From the NCBI RefSeq assembly GCF_017876815.1, contig NZ_JAGIOS010000003.1, positions 1,110,001 through 1,142,000 on the forward strand: a stretch of 32,000 bases of DNA. Reading direction: 5' to 3'. Below, one piece after another: positions 26,035 through 32,000 of the stretch (within the stretch, counting starts at the first letter, position 1; every line of letters starts with the position of its first letter). The position numbers and the translations under genes are program-made. The notes under the pieces were generated by a model, which had not been told where the DNA came from, did not search any database, and saw nothing but the letters and a program-made list of their open reading frames with translations. Source of the DNA: Sinorhizobium meliloti. GTDB taxonomy: Bacteria > Pseudomonadota > Alphaproteobacteria > Rhizobiales > Rhizobiaceae.

Positions 26035-27135
26035 CAGCCTGTCTCCGTCATGAGCTTCGGCAGCCGCACCAGATTATAGGCGGCGGCCGCGAAGGTGAAG
26101 GCCCATCCGACGCGGTCGCGCCCGCGGAACTTCGTCTTATCCTGCCCCGCGACGGTTTTGATCCAGCCGAACGCCTCTTCGATGCGCTTGCGGATACGCA
26201 AGCTGGCCTTATAGCCGCAATGTCGCGTCGTGCGCCCATCAATGGCCGAACGGCGACCGTTGATGTTCTGCGTCACGTGGGGTGTCACCTTTATCGATCG
26301 CAAATCTTTGACGGAGTCTTTTGTGTCATATGCTTTGTCGGCACCCAGCGTGATCGCTTGTGGCCGGTCGGAGAAGGGTTCGATCATGGCAAGCGCCGCG
26401 ACACGTTCGGCATATCCGCTGGCCTCTGTAGGCAGGCATCGGCCAGTAGGCCATGGCGGTTCTCCATCAGCCCATGGCCCATAAAGCACAGCTGGCTTCC
26501 TTGCCTTTGCCTTTCTTATAAAGCTTTGCATCGGGGTCGGTCGTTGAAGCATGCGTCTCGTTGGAACGCCTTTCGCCGTGGAAGTCTGATCCCGCATTCC
26601 GACCGCCGCTATCTGATGGTGGTTCGCCATTATCGCCCCTTGGGCCGTCCTTCGGCTTGAAGCTCTTCATCGACGCCCAGGCCTCGACCAGTGTGCCATC
26701 GACAGAGAAATGGTCAGTTGACAGCAGCCGCTTTACCTTGGGCTGGGAAAGGATTGCACCCAGGAACTTCGCAGCGATGTCGCCATCAAGCAACCGGTCG
26801 CGGTTCTTCGAAAACACCGAGTGGTCCCAAGCCGGATCGTCAATGCCGAGGTCAACAAACCAGCGGAAAAGAAGGTCGTATTCCAGCCGCTCCATTAAAA
26901 GCCGTTCAGAACGGATCGAATAGAAGGCTTGCAAAAGCATGGCACGTAGAAGCTTCTCAGGCGCGATCGAAGGCCGTCCGATCGGCGAATAGAGTGCTGC
27001 AAAATCTCGTTCCAGCGAGACGAGTGCATCGTTCACGATCTGACGGATGGCACGTAGAGGATGATCTTTTCGAACACGATCCTCAAGATCGACATAGCTG
27101 AAGAGTTCGCCTGTCCTCACATCGCCGCCGCGCAT
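26034..27135 (-). pseudogene. IS5-family transposase inactivated by two 1-bp deletions
   Basis: The N-terminal part, MRGGDVRTGELFSYVDLEDRVRKDHPLRAIRQIV...HFSVDGTLVEAWASMKSF...DPDAKLYKKGKGKEA, is followed by LCFMGHGLMENRHGLLADACL in a second frame. TEASGYAERVAALAMIE...LGADKAYD...RKRIEEAFGWIK then continues in a third frame. Confidence 0.85.
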
Positions 27136-27210
27136 CCATCAGCTCCAAATCGCAATACAGCGAGTGAATCATGACCAGAGCCCGGGCGCTAGGGCTTTTT
27201 CAACACCCTG

Positions 27211-28173
27211 CTAGACGGCTGGCACCAATCTCATACGATGGCCAGGCGCGATCTCGACGAGTTCGGAGGGCGGGGGCGCGGAAAAGACGTCCGGTGCGGT
27301 GCTGCCGTCAACTGCGAAGCTGCGACCGTCAGGAAGCGGCACATCGGCAAAGTGGTCTTTCGTCCCCGGGTTCAGGGCTGCATCCGGATCGGGAATGGCG
27401 GCGATGAGCCGACGCGTATAGGGATGGGCGGGCCTTTCGAAGATGTCCCGCCAGCCGCCCTCCTCCACGACCTGTCCGAAGAACATCACCAGCACCCGGT
27501 CGCTCATATGCTCCACCACGCTCAGGTCGTGGCTGATCATCAGGTAGCCGAGGCCGAGCTTTTCCTGCAGGTCCAGCAGCAGGTTGATGATCTGTGCGCG
27601 TATCGACACGTCGAGGGCGGATACCGGTTCGTCTAGCACGACGATTTCCGGTTCGAGGATGAGCGCGCGGGCAATGCCGATGCGCTGGCGTTGGCCGCCG
27701 GAGAACTCGTGCGGATAGCGGTTCGCCTGCTCGGGCGTCAGCCCCACATTGGCGAGCATGACCTCGATCCGGTCGGCGATCTCCGATGCCGCCGTGATGC
27801 CGTGCAGCCGCAGCGGCGCAGCCAGCGAGGTGCGTACCGACTGGCGCGGGTTCAGCGAGGCATAGGGGTCCTGGAAAACCATCTGCACCGCCTTGGCGCG
27901 CTGCATGCGTCCGGGCGCCCCCGGCCCGGTGAGCGGCTGACCGCGATAACGGATCGTGCCTTCGGTCGGCTCCTGAAGACCGAGAACCGAGAGCGCCGTC
28001 GTGGACTTGCCGCAACCGGATTCGCCGACGATCGACAGGCATTCGCCCTTGGAGAGCGAGAAGCCGATGCCGTTGACGGCATGCAGCATGCGCCGACCGG
28101 TTCCGAGCAGTCCTCCGCCGGAAACGGAGAAGCGGACATGCAGGTCGTCCACCTCCAGCAGGGGGTTGGTCAT
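27211..28173 (-). CDS. Peptide ABC transporter ATP-binding protein (DppF/OppF-like)
   Basis: Walker A is GESGCGKST, the signature is [15 protein letters not shown] and Walker B is [12 protein letters not shown]. An ATGA overlap couples it to the upstream ATPase gene. Confidence 0.9.
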   Translation of the reverse strand: MTNPLLEVDDLHVRFSVSGGGLLGTGRRMLHAVNGIGFSLSKGECLSIVGESGCGKSTTALSVLGLQEPTEGTIRYRGQPLTGPGAPGRMQRAKAVQMVFQDPYASLNPRQSVRTSLAAPLRLHGITAASEIADRIEVMLANVGLTPEQANRYPHEFSGGQRQRIGIARALILEPEIVVLDEPVSALDVSIRAQIINLLLDLQEKLGLGYLMISHDLSVVEHMSDRVLVMFFGQVVEEGGWRDIFERPAHPYTRRLIAAIPDPDAALNPGTKDHFADVPLPDGRSFAVDGSTAPDVFSAPPPSELVEIAPGHRMRLVPAV

Positions 28174-29084
28174 GGCTGGCCCCCCTCTTCCGCACCGCGC
28201 GGCGCGATGAAGCGGGTCTCGATGAGCTTCGAGCGGTCGGCAATGATGCTGTCGATGTCGACCAGCCGCTGGCGGCCGTGCAGACTGCGGCTGCCGAAGC
28301 GCGGCAGGGCGCCGAGGAGCCCGCGGGTATATTCGTGCCGGGGTGCCGCGAAGAGCGCCCGCGTCTCGTTCTCCTCGACGAGGCAGCCGGCATACATGAC
28401 GCCGACCCGTTGGCAGATGCTGGCGATCACGCCGAGATCGTGGCTGATGAAGAGAACCGCCGTACCGCGCTCGGCGCAGAGTTCTTTAATCAGCCGTAAG
28501 ACCTCGGCCTGCACGGTGACGTCGAGCGCCGTGGTCGGCTCGTCGGCGATCAGGAGGTCCGGATTGCAGGCGAGCGCCATGGCGATCATTACGCGCTGGC
28601 GCAAGCCCCCCGACATCTGGTGCGGATAGTTGCGCGCCCGCCGGTCGGGATTGGGCACGCGCACGCTGGCGAGCGCTTCGATTGCGAGTTTCTGCGCCTC
28701 GTCCCAGCTCTTTCCCTGATGCAGCACGAACATTTCGGCGATCTGCCGACCGATGGTCGAGAGCGGGTTCAGTGCCGTCATCGGCTCCTGAAAAATCATG
28801 GCGATGCGGTTGCCGCGCAGGCGCCGCATTTCGCGCTTCGGCAGTTCCAGCAGGTTCTGGCCCTTGAACAATATCTCGCCGCCGGAGACGGCGAGCGGCT
28901 TCTTGAGAAGGCCCATGACGGCGAGCGAAGTCACCGACTTGCCCGAGCCGGACTCGCCGACGAGGCCATAGGCCTCGCCCGGCATGATTTGGAACGAGAC
29001 TCCTTTGAGGAGCGGGCGATTGACGGAGCGACCGACCGCGATGCCCAAGTGGAGATCCCTGATGTCCAGAAGCGGCTCGATCAT
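28170..29084 (-). CDS. Peptide ABC transporter ATP-binding protein (DppD/OppD-like)
   Basis: The start was moved to [13 protein letters not shown] (ATG at 29084), which forms an ATGA overlap with the permease stop. The motifs are [23 protein letters not shown] and [12 protein letters not shown]. Confidence 0.9.
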   Translation of the reverse strand: MIEPLLDIRDLHLGIAVGRSVNRPLLKGVSFQIMPGEAYGLVGESGSGKSVTSLAVMGLLKKPLAVSGGEILFKGQNLLELPKREMRRLRGNRIAMIFQEPMTALNPLSTIGRQIAEMFVLHQGKSWDEAQKLAIEALASVRVPNPDRRARNYPHQMSGGLRQRVMIAMALACNPDLLIADEPTTALDVTVQAEVLRLIKELCAERGTAVLFISHDLGVIASICQRVGVMYAGCLVEENETRALFAAPRHEYTRGLLGALPRFGSRSLHGRQRLVDIDSIIADRSKLIETRFIAPRGAEEGGQP

Positions 29085-29902
29085 GGGTTGCGCGTCCTCA
29101 TATGCGGGTCGAGGCTGTCGCGCAGGCCGTCGCCGAGAAGGTTGAAGCCGAGCACCGAGAGGAAGATGGCAAGGCCGGGGAAGATGGCCACCCAGGGCGC
29201 GAGCTGGATGAGCTGGCGCGCATCCGTCAGCATCGAGCCCCAGCTCGGGAACGGCGGCTGGATGCCGAGGCCCAGAAAGGAGAGCGCGGCTTCCGAAAGC
29301 ACCGCCGAGCCCATGCCGAGCGTCGCCATGACGAGGATCGGCCCCATCATGTTGGGCAGGATCTGCGTGAACATGATGCGAAGGTCCCCGTAGCCGAGCG
29401 TCTGCGCTGCCTGCACGTAGCCCAGCGACTTCAGGGAGAGTGTGGAAGAGCGGGCGATGCGGCAAGTCCAGCTCCAGTTGGTCAGGCCGAGCGCGATGAG
29501 CAGCGACGGCAGGCCGGGGCCTAGCACCGCCATCACGGCGAGCGCGAAGATCAGGGATGGAATGGCGAGCATGACGTTCGTGAATCCGTTCACCAGATCG
29601 TCCCACCAGCCGCCCCAATAGCCGGCCGTCATGCCGAGCGTGACGCCGATGATCGAGTTGATCACCTGCGAGACGATGCCGACCGTCAGCGATATCTGCG
29701 CGCCGTAGAGGATGCGGGTATAGACGTCCCGCCCCTGCCCGTCCGTGCCGAACCAGAAGATGGCGTCTGGCGGCAGTTCGGAGTTCATCAGGTCCGCGTC
29801 AAGCACGGGGTCAAAGGGCGCGATCCACGGCGCGAGGATACCGGCGAGGACCACCAGCGTCGTCAGCCCGGCACCGAGCCAGAAGTTGAAGCCGAGGCGC
29901 AT
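29081..29902 (-). CDS. Peptide ABC transporter permease (DppC/OppC-like)
   Basis: The start was moved to MRLGFNFWLGAG (ATG at 29902), 5 nt after the upstream stop, with a GGAG SD. An EAA-like loop (SEAALSFLGLGIQPP) is present. Confidence 0.9.
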   Translation of the reverse strand: MRLGFNFWLGAGLTTLVVLAGILAPWIAPFDPVLDADLMNSELPPDAIFWFGTDGQGRDVYTRILYGAQISLTVGIVSQVINSIIGVTLGMTAGYWGGWWDDLVNGFTNVMLAIPSLIFALAVMAVLGPGLPSLLIALGLTNWSWTCRIARSSTLSLKSLGYVQAAQTLGYGDLRIMFTQILPNMMGPILVMATLGMGSAVLSEAALSFLGLGIQPPFPSWGSMLTDARQLIQLAPWVAIFPGLAIFLSVLGFNLLGDGLRDSLDPHMRTRNP

Positions 29903-29907
29903 TCCCG

Positions 29908-30843
29908 TCACTCCTGCTTGATGCGCGGATCGATCGCGGCATAGATCAGATCGACGGCCGTGTTGATGACGAGGAACCAGAGCACGATGACGAGGATCGT
30001 GCCCTGCACCACGGGAATGTCGCGGCTCGCGACGCTGTCCACCAGAAGCGAGCCGATACCGGGCCAGGCGAAGAGCTTCTCGATGACCACGGCCTGGCCG
30101 ATCAGCGAACCGAATTGCAGGCCGACGGTCGTGACGATCAGCACCAGCGCGTTGCGCGCCACATGCCAGCGCACCACCTTGGCCTCGCTCATGCCCTTGG
30201 AATGGGCGGTGCGGATGAAGTCGGCGTTGAGGACATCGAGGACCCCGGCCCGCGTGGTGCGCGCGAGAAGCGCAAGCGGCGTGACCCCTAGCGTGACGGC
30301 GGGCAGAATCAGGTTCCGGAAGGACCCGTCGCCGTAGCCGAAGCTCGGCAACCAGTTCAGCTGCAGGGCGAAGAGATACATCATCAGGAGGCCCAGCCAG
30401 AACTGCGGCATGGAGAGGCCGGACACCGCCCCGATCATCGTCACCGTATCGAGCACCGAGCCGGGCCTCAGCGCCGCAACGAAGCCGAGCGGCACACTGA
30501 TGACGAGGGCGAAGATCATGGCGGCGATCGCCAGTTGCAGCGAGGCCCACATGCGGTCGTTGATGAGGTCGATCACCGGCTGACGGGTGCGGAAACTGGT
30601 GCCGAGATCGAATTGCGCAAGGTCCGTGACATAGGTCACGAAGCGCTCCATCAACGGCTTGTTCAGCCCGAATTCCTCGTTGAGGCGGGCGATCATCTGC
30701 GGGTCGGCGGCGCGCCTGCCGTCGGCGAAGAGGCTTGCGGCGAAGGTTCCCGGTACGACGCTGAAGATGACGAATATAAGCAACGCAACGACCACGACCG
30801 TGGGTATGATCTGCAGGACGCGGCGCAGGGTGAAACGAAGCAT
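29908..30843 (-). CDS. Peptide ABC transporter permease (DppB/OppB-like)
   Basis: The N-terminus MLRFTLRRVLQIIPTVVVVALLIFVIF is typical of this family, and it has a multi-TM BPD-transporter core. Confidence 0.9.
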   Translation of the reverse strand: MLRFTLRRVLQIIPTVVVVALLIFVIFSVVPGTFAASLFADGRRAADPQMIARLNEEFGLNKPLMERFVTYVTDLAQFDLGTSFRTRQPVIDLINDRMWASLQLAIAAMIFALVISVPLGFVAALRPGSVLDTVTMIGAVSGLSMPQFWLGLLMMYLFALQLNWLPSFGYGDGSFRNLILPAVTLGVTPLALLARTTRAGVLDVLNADFIRTAHSKGMSEAKVVRWHVARNALVLIVTTVGLQFGSLIGQAVVIEKLFAWPGIGSLLVDSVASRDIPVVQGTILVIVLWFLVINTAVDLIYAAIDPRIKQE

Positions 30844-30924
30844 GAGCGGTTCCGTTCTGGCCGCCCGTACGGGCGGCGACAATCGATGAGGGGCAGCCGC
30901 AGCTACCCCCTCCCCCTCAAGGTC

Positions 30925-32000
30925 TTACTGGCGCGATGACGGCGCCGTCTCGTCGATCCAGATTTCGTCATAGGGCTGGATCGCCAGTTCCGTCGCGTTC
31001 GGAACGAGGCCGTGGATCCACGGCTGGTAGGCCATCACCGCCTTGTTGTAGTTGAAGAACCAGACCGGAGCGTCGTCCTGCACGATGTTGTTGGCCTGGC
31101 GCAGGAGATCGTTCTGCTTGGCCGAGTCGCGTTCCTGCTGCGCCGCCTCGTAGAGCTTGTCGAATTCCGGGCTTGCATAGCTGGTGTAGTTGCAGGCCGA
31201 TTGCGCCGTCTTCGAATAGTAGCAACGCAGTGCGTTCAGCGGGTCGGGGCCAGAAAGGTTCGACCAGATGAAGGCCTGGAAGTTGTTGGTCGTCACCGCC
31301 TCGCCGAGCGTGGAGCTTTCGACCGGCTTCGGCTTCACGGTGATGCCGACCTTCTTCAGCATCGGCAGGATGGCTTCGACGATCGGCACGCCCCAGCTTT
31401 CGTTCGGGCTCGCCGTCACCTCGAATTCGAAGCCGTCGGCATAGCCGGCCTCGGCGAGCAATGCCTTTGCCTTCTCCGGATCGTAGGCGTAGGGCGCCTT
31501 GTCCTTGTCGAAGGCGGGCGAGGAGATCGGCAGCCAGCCGGAGGCCGGGTAGGCCTTGTTCTTGACCAGGCGTTCGATGATCAGCGGCGCATTGATGGCA
31601 TGGTTGATCGCCTGGCGCACCCGCTTGTCCTTGAAGGGCTCGAAGGCGGGGTTGAAGCCGATATTGCGGGTATAGACCTCGGCGACTTCCAGGAGGTGAT
31701 CTTTCAGCCCCTCCTCGCCCTGATAGGCCTGGTATTGGGTAGGGCCGAGGATCGAAACGTCGATTTCCTTGTTGCGGAAGGCGACGTCGCGCGCGGCGTC
31801 CTCAGCCATCAGCACGATGTTGATGCGATCGAGATAGGGCCTGCCCTCCTCGTAGTACTTGTCGAATTTTTCCACGACGACCTGCGAACCGGGTACGTGC
31901 TCCTTGAAGACGAAGGCGCCGAGGCCGACCGGATTCTTGCCGAAGGTCGATTCGTCCTCGACATTCGACGGATAGATGACCGTCGTGTTCTGCATTAGCG
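30925..32000 (-). CDS. Family-5 extracellular solute-binding protein (DppA/OppA-like); the N-terminus lies outside the window
   Basis: The frame stays open to the window edge. The sequence is typical of a family-5 solute-binding protein (FGKNPVGLGAFVFKEHVPGSQVVVEKFDKYYEEGRPYLDRI...). Confidence 0.9.
   Translation of the reverse strand, partial: LMQNTTVIYPSNVEDESTFGKNPVGLGAFVFKEHVPGSQVVVEKFDKYYEEGRPYLDRINIVLMAEDAARDVAFRNKEIDVSILGPTQYQAYQGEEGLKDHLLEVAEVYTRNIGFNPAFEPFKDKRVRQAINHAINAPLIIERLVKNKAYPASGWLPISSPAFDKDKAPYAYDPEKAKALLAEAGYADGFEFEVTASPNESWGVPIVEAILPMLKKVGITVKPKPVESSTLGEAVTTNNFQAFIWSNLSGPDPLNALRCYYSKTAQSACNYTSYASPEFDKLYEAAQQERDSAKQNDLLRQANNIVQDDAPVWFFNYNKAVMAYQPWIHGLVPNATELAIQPYDEIWIDETAPSSRQ

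Larger units (their letters stand above)
25671..27214 (-). mobile_element. IS5-family (DUF772 N-terminal type) element of about 1.54 kb carrying a broken transposase plus a passenger ORF
   Basis: The terminal inverted repeats are GCAGGCTGTTGAAGAAG (25673-25689) and the reverse complement of 27195-27211, GCAGGGTGTTGAAAAAG, matching at 15 of 17 positions. Both are flanked by TA within a CTAG context. Confidence 0.65.

Overview
GC-rich alphaproteobacterial DNA, Rhizobiaceae-like judging by the protein sequences and a dispersed intergenic repeat. All family names come from motifs I recognise by eye; no homology search was run. I saw no rRNA, tRNA or CRISPR array.

Gene content, left to right:
- 1-1050: the 3' end of a MatB-like acyl-CoA synthetase and a GreA/GreB-like factor.
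- 1176-5458: a compact ECF sigma/anti-sigma locus with three flanking genes: a 237-aa protein of unknown function, a small secreted (NSSS)n repeat protein and a secreted S8 subtilase.
- 5756-11807: a VOC/PhnB-like protein, a GGDEF-EAL protein, a long AI-2E transporter and a PepSY plus YflT-like stress-protein pair.
- 11918-14068: a minus-strand run of cspA, a DUF6481-like gene, a fatty-acid desaturase and a 95-aa ORF.
- 14682-19672: a divergent groES-groEL pair, several small ORFs, a cytochrome c and cbpA-cbpM.
- 19866-24069: a degP/htrA remnant, a PAS-rich HWE histidine kinase with a single-domain response regulator, and a GFA-family protein.
- 24191-27214: a decayed accessory patch with a vapC remnant, an IS630-family element, and an IS5-family element whose transposase is broken and which carries a passenger ORF.
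- 27211-32000: a Dpp/Opp-type peptide ABC transporter operon that runs off the right edge.

Main finding: an identical bipartite motif, GGAAT-N16-CGTT, occurs four times in 2.8 kb around the ECF sigma factor. Each copy is correctly oriented 25-90 nt upstream of a start codon: the 237-aa gene, the NSSS-repeat gene, the anti-sigma gene and the S8 peptidase gene. This defines a self-contained candidate ECF regulon of unknown function. It also shows an unusual topology: the anti-sigma promoter lies inside the sigma ORF, and the sigma gene itself has no motif.

Gene starts were refined by eye from SD sequences and gene overlaps. They should be treated as +/- one alternative start.
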